A program made the position numbers and the translations under genes. Below, piece by piece: positions 14,101 to 26,100 of a stretch of 64,000 nt of DNA. Numbering within the stretch: the stretch's first letter is position 1; each line of letters opens with the position of its first letter. Source of the DNA: Amoebophrya sp. A120 (Eukaryota > Protista > Dinoflagellata); the NCBI GenBank assembly GCA_905178155.1, contig CAJINV010000011.1, forward strand, positions 134,154 through 198,153. The letters are read 5' to 3'. Under the pieces are notes generated by a model. It had not been told where the DNA came from and searched no databases. It saw only the letters and a list, made by a program, of their open reading frames with translations.

Positions 14101-17100
14101 CCGACGTTGTACTTTGGACGCAACGCTGTAAAGTCCATCAAACCGCCCTTGTTACGAAGCAGGTTGCGGAGCTATACCTGGGGATGATGAACCTCGACCC
14201 GGTTGGTTGGCAAAAAAGGCTTTGGTTACAGGTATAGCCACGCAGTATTTGCTTCGTTTCTGCATGACAAATTTTATGACGTTCCGCATGACAAATGAAA
14301 TAATATGCGCATCAACATTGTTTTCTATATTTATCATCCAGGTTCACAGCATCAAGCTGCTGCAGGAGAAGATCCACAACGGCCTCGACCAGGTGGAGCA
14401 ATGGCTCGCTCCGTGGGACAAAGGAGAGAAACCACCCAAAGACGAGAAGCTGTGTGCTTTCTTGGACCGCCTACCGATGGACACGAAAAAAAAAGACTTC
14501 TTCCGGGACTGCAGTGTGCGGCAGAAGTTGCTCGTCATCCCGCGAAACAGCAAGCATCAATGCATGCGAGCGCTGCATTGTCTGTACCGCGGCTTCAAAT
14601 GTCCGGTCTGGACACGATGGCTGACGGTGATGTCGTGTCTGACGCAGCTCTCCCTGGCGACCGCGTTCTTCCTAGGAAGAATTTTTACGGGACTGGGCGA
14701 AAGAATTTCTTTCGGCCAAGAGAAAATCTTGGAGCATGGTTTTACGGTGGACATGCGCAACAAGACAGGTGCTACAAATACATAATATTGCCATGCATCG
14801 ACGGTTCCACAAAGTGCATGGTAGAAAAGCATGCAAATGCACATTTTTTCTCATGCAAAAATCATGCATTTTTGCCAATCCAGCATGACAAACTTACATC
14901 TTCAACTCATAACAAAATCAGGAACGCAATTCCTCTTCCTGGTGACGAGTTGGCTTTTGCTTCACTTGATACGCCCCATCGAGCGTTATAATGGTAGCAT
15001 GCTGCGGAGCAATGTTCGGGAAAAAGGGCGGGCGGCATTGAAGCAAACCTTTCGGGAGGATCTCGTCAGCACGTACAACTACTTCAGCGACAAACAGGCA
15101 GTGCTGGATGATCTGGCGTTTTTGATGTGCGGCATCGGGATCGGAAGTGTGACGTTTTCGGATGCGCAACTTGAACTGGTATAGAATAAAACAACCTTTC
15201 CATTTTGTCATGCACATTTTCCAGCATGACACGAGGACTGTTGAAATGCATATTTAGAATTAAAATGCAAAACAGATAGAGCTGGCGCGGATAAATGCAC
15301 AACACGTCCTCATCATCTCCCGCTGTATTCTTCTCTATCGCGACGGGCAGTGCGATCTGCATGAGACATGGTTGGGGAACGCGCGGGTCGACCTGAAGAA
15401 GGCCATGGAGCAGTTGGACAAGTGCAAGCTCGACGTGTACACGCAAGGGGATCCCGGGTCGATATCGCTTCATTCTGTACAGCGGTATATGCGGAATCTG
15501 CCGCAGAACATCCGCGAAGCGAAGATGAAATCCCTCACCGAATACCTCGAAGTTGCCAACCGCAGCACCAAAAACTGCGAAAAACGGGGTGGACGTTACA
15601 AGTGGCATACGAAGCGGCGCAAGACTGGAACCAAGAGTATCCCCGGAGTTATGAAGTGAAAATGTGTAGCATAGCTTTCTTGCATTACAGGTTTTTTTCT
15701 GAAAAGGCGCCACATACTACATAAGGCATGACGAATCTGTGCAACGACATGATGAGAACGCAACTTTTTGCATGCAAATTGCAGTGCTTTTTCAGTTTTG
15801 ATTTTTACTTGCAGGAGGCTATGTTACATATTTTCAACGCATACGACCGGACGCGCAGCTAAACAGAAAGGACTGGCAAAACATGGCTTCGGTGGTGGAA
15901 GAGGAATACCGGCCGTACTTGCTACCGGATCAAGAAGACGACGATACCGGCGAACCCGCAGCGAAACGGCACTACGCCTGCACACGACCGATAGATGCGA
16001 AACGGGAAGACCAGTGGGAGGACGGTGAAGAAGACGTGAAGATGACAGCGGCGGACGTGCTAGAAAAGTGTCACAAATTGAATTCCTGGAAGGACGACGA
16101 CGAAAAAGCGAAATACACCATCATCGCAGCGGAAATGGATAAGAAGAAGGAGCTACTAGCGGCGGAGCTGAAGTATGAGGATGCCGAAGAAAGCGAAGAA
16201 GAGGAGGAAGAAGTCCGGGAATTTGCTGTCGTGAACCGCGAGAAACTGTACTACGAAGGGGCGCAGGAACGAGTGCTGCAAAAGTACTTGACAAAAGACG
16301 GCGACTATCGAAAACTTGCACCCGCTATGTGCAACAGAACCAACCAGCTGATTACAGTGGAAAAGCCGCCGGAGGTGACGGTGCGGGCGAAAGTTAAACC
16401 GGCTTCTGCTGTGCTGATATCGCGTTTCATCCGGGCGAAGCGCGGTAAGCTGAAATCGCTGCGACAAGAGAAGAAGGCTGCTGGAATCGAACCCGGTGAT
16501 CTAGCTCACCTGAACCTCGCCGAGCCGGATGATGATGCTATCGAAACGCAACAATCTTATCCTGCGAAGAAACAGAAAGCTTCGCATGCTTGCATACAAA
16601 AACTTTGGCCTTCTTCGCAGGATAAGATTGTTGCGATCGATAGTCGACGACGAACTGCTGGTAGAAGACGCAGACGAAGTTGGGGAAGACGACAACATCG
16701 CGATGCCGGTACTGCAGGGGGTGCACGACGTGTCGTCGTTATTGTCGCCATTCTTCATAACGCAGTACAAGCACCGTCCGTCGGGGGAAATGCACACGTT
16801 CCTCATTTCAGACGTGGTGCTGTCTCCATCATCGTTCAAAGCGGTGCAATTAGCACTGCAGAAAGATCCGGGAAAGGAGTGGTGGCAGTGCAGGATGCGA
16901 ATGACCTGGATAAACTTGTACTCCGACGACCGCGGCACCGAATACGACCTGGATACGATGTATGCAACCAAAACATTGAAGCTACATGACAAGCATCACA
17001 AATGTTGACTGTTGCATTACAAAATTTGATTTCTTGTGCGCAAAACCTTTACATATTTCATGCAAATATCTAATGCATAGTAGTAATGCTTGGCTTGCAG

Positions 17101-20100
17101 CTTCAATGCTTTTCACGGGATACACTCGGGCCGATGTACACGATGAAAGTCGACGTAAAGGACGGCAGAAGCAAAGCGTGCTTGTTCTGTGGAGAACGGA
17201 TCAACCTGTCGTACCGGCAGCAGCGGACCAAGGCGGGAAAGGAGGAGGACAAGGTGCTCAGGGAAGGGTGGGCCTCCGCTAGCAATAGCGAGAAAGCCCA
17301 AATGCAGGACAACTTGGAGAAGTTTCTGCAGCCTACGATGCTGGCTTTGACCGCGCCGAAATCGACCGACAAGATCTGGGTTCTGGACGACAACAAGATG
17401 GTAGCAATGCCACTACAGTCGGATGACGTCCATGCGGAAACGTGGCGAAAGACGAACAAGATCGTCGTGGAGGAACCGCAAACGCAGGCTTCAACGCAGG
17501 TGGAAACGCAGGGCATGACTGCCCTTTCTGCGACGGCGAAGATGCACCTCTCGAGCAAGGAATACGCACTGCATCAGCTGGAGCGACAGAAGGTTGCTAA
17601 TCGTCTCTTCGCAACGAGAGTCGAAGGGTGGAAATGCATCGAAGCGTCGACGGTGTTTGACCGCAAGAGAACCGGAAGAGATGCTGTCCGACTGAGCATG
17701 AAGTGCGTGGACACCAAGCTGGCGAACAACATGAAAAAGCTCCTCGTCCACCCCTACCTGGACATGAAGTGCCAGTCGACGAAGAGGCCCATGAGGAGCA
17801 TGGTGATTGGCGAGAAAGAGGGACCCCTTTGGGTCGAGTGCCTCCAAAACGGGTGGGCCGTGATGTGCCGTATCATCTGCGAAAAAGCCAGCTCCAACAG
17901 CAAGTACGAACCGCAGTCCACCGAAGATGATTTGGAGGATTTGAAGTCCCAGTACGCCGCCTACACCTCGGAGATCCGTGCTTTTGCCGCCGAACGTGCT
18001 GGAAAGGACGCTACCAGGCAGAAGGAGTTCGACGCTCTGATGCACATTTCTGACCAGACCTACAAGTACCTCTCGCCCGGAAAGTCGACTACGTCGTGGT
18101 TGGATTTCCAGAAGATCGACGCAGAATACCTGGAAATCGCCGAAGTCCTTGTGGAGAAGCAGAGGATCAAGGCCAAGACCAAAAAGCAGCCAAAGATGGC
18201 TGCTGCAGGTGCGGGTAAACAGCATGATGTGCTCGCAGAATCGGCGTCCCAAGTGCCGGCCCAGTGAAGGTGGTCGGGCACCTCAAGTTGTAGTTGAGCA
18301 CACTTATATTCTGCACAGTTTCAGGTTCAAAAAGCATTGATTTATTGCACAATTCATCTCTCAAAGGAAATCTCAACTATTCCTCACAAAAAGTGGTCAT
18401 TTTTTGAGCTCAAAAGTGATCACTTTTGAGCACAAAAAAAAGTCTCTCGCTTTTCCTCCTCGAAGTCACCTTTTGCATCTGCATAGTCAAAAAAAAAGTC
18501 TAGAAAAAGGACTCACGTCCTACTTATATTCTCCATTATCGCGAGACTTTTTCGAGTTCACCTTCTAGAAAATCAGGAGACTTTTTTTTCGAGGTCAAAT
18601 TTGCAAAACGTCTCATTTTTCGAGTTCACTTTTGAGCAGAAAAAGTGATCACTTTTTGTGAGGAAAAGTCGTCACTTTTAAAGGATATCAGAAAATGTAG
18701 CCTTAAGTAGACAAGAAAACGTCAATTTGTAATGCGTAGAAGGTGTCAAAAAGAGCACTACTAGAACAAGAAAAGCTTAGTAAAGTAGTATATAGTAACT
18801 TCACGGCTGGTCATCGAACTTTGGCCCACCACGACTACTTCACCCTCGCGGTCATGCGGCAACGGAGATGGTCACCATGGACGAACGGATACCTGCGAGC
18901 CCTAGATCACCACCATGACGCGTTGACCATCTGCACCATGACCTTCGCCTTCTTGTCCGAGTTACCGATGGCCAGCCGTGTAGAATAGTGGTGTACCTGA
19001 CAGTAGTTTCATTGCAAGTAGTAGAATATAGTGCACAAATTGAATATTACATAGGAACAGCTGTAGACTTTAGCATCGCGCAAAAGACCTATATATAAGC
19101 CAGAAGCGTTGACAACTTTGCACAATCTTAACTGCGTAGAACGACCTTACTTCGTGTGAAAGTACATAACTTGTAATACAAACAGTGTACCTGTAGATGG
19201 ACGTAGTGCGTGACAGTAAAACCACACAGTAGTAGCATCATGCATACACATAGGGACATAGCGCAACTCTTCATGGGAAGTTGAAGCAGCATAGTACTGC
19301 TGCTTTGTGATACACAGCATGACAAATTAGTAGACTTCGAAGTGCATGTCATAAATTGAGTACGCTGGATTGACATACAAGAAGCATGACAGACTGCACA
19401 TGCAAGTAGTGGAACATACATAAAAAAAGAAGGCACTTCTCGAGTTGATATAGCACAGCATGCAAGTATGTCATAGAGGTAGAATTGCGCGCACAATACA
19501 GAAGTAAAGCAAGGTTTTTTTTTGTGTGAGTTCGGCGTCGATGATGGCGTTGTCGTGTCGTAAGCTTCAGCACACATAGTACTTGGTAAAAACGTGCTGA
19601 CATCATCAAATAAGTCGGCTCTTTGTTTTGTTTTTTTTTGTGAGAGATGAAGCAGTGCATTGTAGTGCCTAGAATGAGATGATTGTTGTTGTTGTAGTTC
19701 AAGTTATGGGATAGATCTGAGATCTCACTTTGACAGTGGTAATTGTGAAGAAAAAAAGGTGGTTGCTTTGATGATCTTGATGTTGTTTGGATACTTTCAC
19801 TTTACAATTTTGAATTTCTGACGCGCGCCATCTAATACTTGCTTTTCATCATCTTCATCAACACAAAACCCGTAGCCAACTACTTCTTGAGTTCTTCCTT
19901 TGTGGAGAGTTCTTCCTTTGAAAAAAAAAGCGTGTCAAGATGGCAAACAGATTGGCCCGTCACCCCACTGGAGAGGTCGCCCAGGAGTTTCTGCAGAACG
20001 CAGCTCTGCCGGTACACATTTTTGAACTTGTCATGCATAGAATGCCTTTATCATGGATGGGCAGACGCTTGCTGATGTGAAAAAGACATACTGTAAATTC

Positions 20101-23100
20101 AAAAAAATTACCACTACAGCAAGACGCGAATCATGTCGCTGCCATGGGTGCCCTCTGGCGTCAGGAAGGTCGCATGCGGACCCGTCTGATATGGTAGCAA
20201 TATCTAGCTCAGCACCTTACACTACTGCTTTGTCATGCTAACTATGATGCAAATTGGTCTCGACCAACTGTGCGACTACGTGCTTAATGCATGTGAAATA
20301 GCATATCTGATCATATGAGTTTGTCATGCGCTTTTGCATTTTTGAAGTAGCCAGGCATGCATGACGCGGCTGAGGTGCTGAGCTAGAGTTGCAACTTGCA
20401 TAATTTTTGAGTCGCGTCCAGTACCTTTCCACCCTGACTGACGCCCAGATCGGTAACCTCGAACTGGCCCACGAAGCCGTCATCGCCAGGTCCATGGCCG
20501 CGTTGCCCTCGGCGGTGCGTCAGATCGTGCTCTTCACGCGCACCGACATCATCGCCCGCGAAGCGGCCCGTTTGGGAAGGGCCGATTTCAATCATACTAC
20601 GCTCGAACAAGAACGTCGTGTGGCAGTACTACATCAATTTTGGAACTTGTGCATCACAAACTTGACCGACATGACAATCGCATGATGCTTTTGTGAAATA
20701 TGGATTTCTGCATGACAAAACTGCCATTTGAAGTGGAAATCATGGTCAAGAACCACGACTCAGGTCCATCTCCAGGGGAGATTTGCCTCCCTGACCGATG
20801 AGGCCAACGGGTTACGTGCTCTCGGCGTGTGCGATCGTCTGTGCGGTTTAATGCGCCACCCAGAAGCCCGTGATGAAGTGGAGCGCGCGGGAATCATCGC
20901 TTTGTTTCAGGGTGGTGCCTTCCAGCGGACCGCGGCCCGCCAGCCCCGGACCTTGGTCCAGTTTCGCGACTGGTATATTTGTGTGTTTTTGTTGATAAAG
21001 TGATGCTGTTCACATCGTAATCTTACGTCGGTCCATTGAAATCATGCTTCAGTGCCACAGAAAAACGCAACTGTAATTTCATGAGATACATCATTCTGAC
21101 AATAAAAAACAGGGCGTACGCGCAGGCCCGCGCGTTCGTGTCCGGCAACAACAACATGCCCGAGATCCGCGAGAACATGATGATGATCAGCAATGCGATC
21201 GAGCTGCAGCAGGTGTCTTTGCTGGAAGACGCCATCACCACCCAATTGCTGCAGGGTGCCCCCGTCAACGGCGGACAGACGCTCCAGGAGTTGTTCTGGG
21301 AGAAGGCGATGGACGTATATAGTGTTGTGCCTTTTGCAAAATGAGCGCGATTCATCGGTTGAGTCGTGTATTGCGTAGTCGGAAACTGACGAAGCAAAGT
21401 TTTTAGCTTCTATGCATGACAGAACTACTGTGTAGCGCAGATGACGAACAAAGCATCCAATATTGATAAGAAACATATCCTGAAACGATGAGCACGCATG
21501 TTGCATTTCATACTGCAAATCCACATCAGATGCTCCGCGCTGCCGCCGTGGCCGAACTGTTGGTCCAGGTGGAGATTCAGCTCGGCACCTTCTTGCGCAC
21601 CGGTAACGCCCAGTTCACCGTGTACGACGATGCAAAGATAAAACCTTGGCTCAAAGCACTGTTTTCTCTTTCAGATTTTACTCTGCATGCTATGCTCATG
21701 AGTTCGCGTGGTTGGGACTTGAAAAAAAGAAAGTGCTGCACTGTAAAAGTACCAAGAGAACAGGACGTCAAAATACAGTGGAGGAAATGCAAGAAGAAGT
21801 GATAAAAAAGTCGAAGAATGCACCCGTCGTGCACCTTTTGAAAGGAAAACAGTGTGTTGCTCCAAGGTTTTTTTCATAGCATAGCAAGGCTGACTTGACC
21901 CGCGCGCTCGACACTTCGCGTTGTGCTGAGGAGATGGCGATGAAAGCGATCAAGCGCGCGCAGGGAGAGGTGCCCCCCCAGCCGGAGATCCATGATTTGG
22001 TACTACTTTTTCATGCTGCTTGAGTTGAGAGCTATCACGAGCCGAGAGAGCGAACTTTATTGGTTGATAGAAAAACGAATCTTCCTGCATAACAAGTTTG
22101 ATACTGAAGTGCCAGCTTTATTGTCGTATAGTTTCGTCTGTAATTTCTACAATGCAAATCTCCAGGGCTTGATGCGTCAGATGGTCAACACTATCCGCCA
22201 GTGGATGAACCTGCCCCAGCCGCACCCGGTCATCACCACTTTGATCGGTTTGAACGACGCCTACACCAACACGACCTCGTTGTACTACACCAAATTGCCC
22301 GGCAACTTCACGCAGCAGTACAATGGTGCCTTGCGCCGCTACTTGTTGACCATGGACCAGACCCGCGTGGAGGGGCAACTGCGGGACCTCGACAACCGCA
22401 TCCTGGCCATTGGCACCGCTTTTGACTTCTTGCATGACTGGGACAACCGCGGATCGCAGCAGGAGATGATCGACTTGCACGCCTTCTTGGGTGGAATCCG
22501 CTTTCCCGCCCGCAACCGCTGGCGTTCCCTGCACGAGATCATGCGCGAGATGTGCAACTGCTACACCGGTGGTGCGCACCAGGAGCATGCCGACCGCGCC
22601 AACACCATGTTAGCGATGAAGGAGGATTTGGAAGCGCGCCTGTTCACCGAGTACCCGTCCAACCAGGAGAAGTTGAGTGAGACGATTGAGAAGTTCGTCC
22701 GCCGCATGCAGGAGTTGGAGGAGGGTCCGTTGCGGATCGCTTTGGCGAACGGTATACGCACAGAAAATTTCTTGGTTGTAAGCAATTAGAAGAACGACCT
22801 ACTGCATGCAAGACAGATTGGTTTATGCAAAGCAAAAATGAGCATAATACTATGCGAAACTGCATCTACAACATCAAGCCAAAAATAATATCAGGATCGT
22901 ACCAGGAGTCCGACCAGGCTTACAACAGTATGACGGTGCCATTCAGTTTTCTCTTTCCCGCCCAGAAGCAATTGCTCTGGCGTGAGATCACCCGCCAGAT
23001 CCCGAACGGTGCCGACCCGGCCGGTGCGAACGCCAATCAGCCCGCGCCCCAGAGACGCAGAATCAACCTCCAGTTGCACGTGCCGGGTGGTGCGCAGGCC

Positions 23101-26100
23101 AACGAGAACGCCCCCATTGCCAACAACGCGGTCGCGGGCGGATCCGATGATGAGGATGAGTAGTTGGACGGATAATTTTGGCCGTGAAAGTTGTTTGCAA
23201 TAGTCGCACTTTACATACCAATATTTGCTGCTTCATCACCGTCGGTTTGATCGACCAGAGGATACTACTCAAGCAACTTTTACTAGGTTTTGATTGATTT
23301 ATTGTTTCGTACTTTTTATACTTCGAAAATGCACAGTTTCATCTTGCCACAAGTACATAATAGTAAAAGTATGGACCAGTAAGTCAGTCAGTGAATCAAT
23401 TTGTCGGGGACTTAATGATATTTGTAGGCTTCAATGTTTTCGTAAAGAACTCACTGTTCCTACTGGCAGGAGGCCCATATCCAACAGTCTCACACGTGGA
23501 GGAGGGAATAATAAATAAAGCTCAACACGTAAATAGGAGCGGGAACAGAGTTGTTAATCAAAAATAATATGTAAAATTTTTCTGTATAATATATCAAAAA
23601 CAACTCTGTTATGGTGGATGTGTGAGATGTTGGCGCAAATGTAAAATTCCTCCTTTGTAGAAATGTTCTACTTGAGTTCAAGCAGAACCATCTACAGAAG
23701 GAGGGGGGAAATTAAAGTTTAGTTATAGAGTCGACGTCCAGCTAGTTGCTGCTTTTTTCCATCTTTTCTACATAATGTTCTACTTGTTGCCCATGACAAA
23801 CTTTGATGAAACACGATGCAAGACATGAATGCACAAGTCGGTGAGAACGTTGTCGGTGTAGATCACAGCATACAAATGAAAAGTCGGTGATGAACCAGAA
23901 GCGCATGTGTAATATCGGTGCGACTATACAGAGTAAAGAAAAGCGCGATCGGTGTGACAGTTGCATGCGTGCAGTGCTTTATGCAAGCCGCCTCCCCGGG
24001 CGGGATAGAAATTCGGGAGGCTGTAGTGTTTACTATAGAAAAAGATAGTCGTGCCTTAGCATACGCTGTAAAATAGCCTGCTACTACATCACGCCAACAA
24101 TAGAATGTAGTTTGAACTTTGTGCTGACGAGCACACCGGATCGGGCCGTCGGGCTGCACCGCGAATTCAGTGCCGACGGGGCTGCGATGTGGAGATGCGA
24201 CTGTGGATTTTGCGAATGTGGACGCCGCGACCGCAGCGTTGGAATTTTTTGAACCCCCATCGGTTCCCATCGCCGCGTGAGCGGAGATTTGCGGTGGAGC
24301 GAGCGAATGTGGATCTGCGATGTGGAGCTGTGGAGCGGCGATGTGGATCGGCGTTGGCGAGCTGCGATGTGGAGCCGCGCGGTGGACCTGCGATGTGGAT
24401 TTCGCGACGACAACCTTCGCTTCCCTTGAACCTTTGGTGGTTCTCGTGGCGGCGTAGACGGATTTGCGGCGGCAGGAGTGGATGCGGAGCTGCGATGTGG
24501 ACTTACCGGCGGTGGCAGCGAGATGTGGAAAGCGGAATTGCGGCGTTGAGCCCGACTGCTCCGCCTGCGAACGGCGATGTGGATCCGCGATGCGACGACG
24601 CGATGCGGAGTTGGCTGCTACGGAGCCACGAGCGGAGGCTGGAGTGCGGATTTGGAACGACGGAGGAACTTCCGTCCGCCTTCGCAAACTTTGAACCTCA
24701 GGTGGTTCCTATCGCAGCGTGGACGAGCTGTGGTGGCGGCGTGGAGCGAATGCGGATTTGCGAATACGCCAACCTTCGTTGTGGCGCGGACGACTGGAAA
24801 GTGGACGTCGAGATGCGGACGAAACAGCGGTGGTGCTGTTGGATCTGCTGCTTGCTGCCGACGGATGGAAGTGGATTTTTCCTCCCTTCTACGGAAGGTT
24901 GAGCTTTTTTTCCCCGCATCGACCCGCTCTACATCATGAATCACAATCGGGTTTTGCGGGTTCCGAAGTCGCAACGAGGACGCGGTAAAAAGACAGCTGA
25001 CGGTGGAGGCGGGAATGCTACGCGGCGATGCGGAGTGGCGAGACGACGGACCCGGGCGACGTGCAGATCACGATGAAATACATAATTGTGTAAGTACAGT
25101 AAAAAAAAAACGGGATTGCGTGCTAGCTAGCTCTATATCTATCACCACTCCTTGAAAAAAAAACGCGAACACAGTAGCACTACGATCTTTTTATGTCTAA
25201 GCATTGATGCAGCTATTGTATATGTTCATCTCAACCAAAAAAACAGGTGATGACTCGCGGGCAAGTGCAGTTGAAATACTGTTGGCGTGATGTAGTACTG
25301 AGATACGACTGACGGCAGTCACAAGCAGGCTCTCAAAGCAGGCCACTTCGCACCTGCAAACATCGACTTCAAAATTTTTTTTAAAAAAAAAAATCTAAAA
25401 AAATCGGGAGAAAATCGTGGACGGGGTGCCATCTGAGCGCGCCCAGCTCAACTCTCCTGCATGAGAAACAAGGTCCGAGCACGGGGACAGAGTCCCCGTG
25501 CGGCGACCTTCCGGCATTTGTCTGGGACGAGTTCGGGGGCCATGGTGGATGGCACCGGGCAGGCAGGCCCCTGCAACCCGGCGTCTCTGTGTGGCCTGCG
25601 CCCCCTGATCCGCGACAGATCTGCGGACGGAGCCCCTCTGTTTGCCCACACTAGACCCGTTGGCCTACCGCGAACAAAGAGAACAGATGAAAGGAAGAAG
25701 CTGGCGCCGGATTTGTAGCTGGCCCCTAGGTCATGACGCGGGGACCGAGTCCCCGCGCTGACCTAGGGCCTTTGCCCCTGGGCCGTGCGGTTAGTTTCCG
25801 GGAAGCGCCCAAAGCTGGCCCCTAGGTCATGGCGCGGGGACCGAGTCCCCGCGCTGACCTAGGATGGGCTTTTGCGCCTCGGCCGCGCGGTTAGTTTCCG
25901 GGGAGCGCCCAAAGCTGGCCCCTACGTCATGACGCGGGGACCGAGTCCCCGCGCTGCCCTAGGGCTTTTGCGCCTCGGCCGTGCAGTTAGTTTCCGGGGA
26001 GCGCCCAAAGCTGGCACCTAGATCATGACGCGGGGACCGAGTCCCCGCGCTGACCTAGGGCTTTTGCATTGCCCTCCGGCCGTGCGGTTAGTTTCCATCC

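Larger units (their letters stand above)
11602..25451 (+). mobile_element. 13.85-kb cargo-carrying TIR DNA transposon (hAT-like DDE transposase, 6-bp TSD)
   Basis: Left end TTGAGCTGGGCGCCTCAGATG-N13-GATTTTCTCTCAATTTTTTGAGATTTTT... matches the reverse complement of 25371-25451 (TTGAGCTGGGCGCGCTCAGATG-N13-GATTTTCTCCCGATTTTTTTAGATTTTT...). TSD CTCTCC at 11596-11601 and 25452-25457. A transposase gene lies inside. Confidence 0.88.

Noticed and set aside
13476-15659. This transposase as the mobiliser of family A or B introners
   Set aside because: Introner arms show no similarity to the element's TTGAGCTGGGCGC ends, and their direct repeats vary from 3 to 8 bp. It is unsupported here, though not excluded.
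23863-24988. ORFs of 100-274 aa on both strands
   Set aside because: They arise from the stop-poor GCGATGTGGA repeat field and have no coding-like composition.
11602-25451. Maverick/Polinton or endogenous virus, suggested by size, TIRs and 6-bp TSD
   Set aside because: I recognise no protein-primed PolB, retroviral-type integrase, packaging ATPase or jelly-roll capsid. The recombinase motifs are hAT-like.
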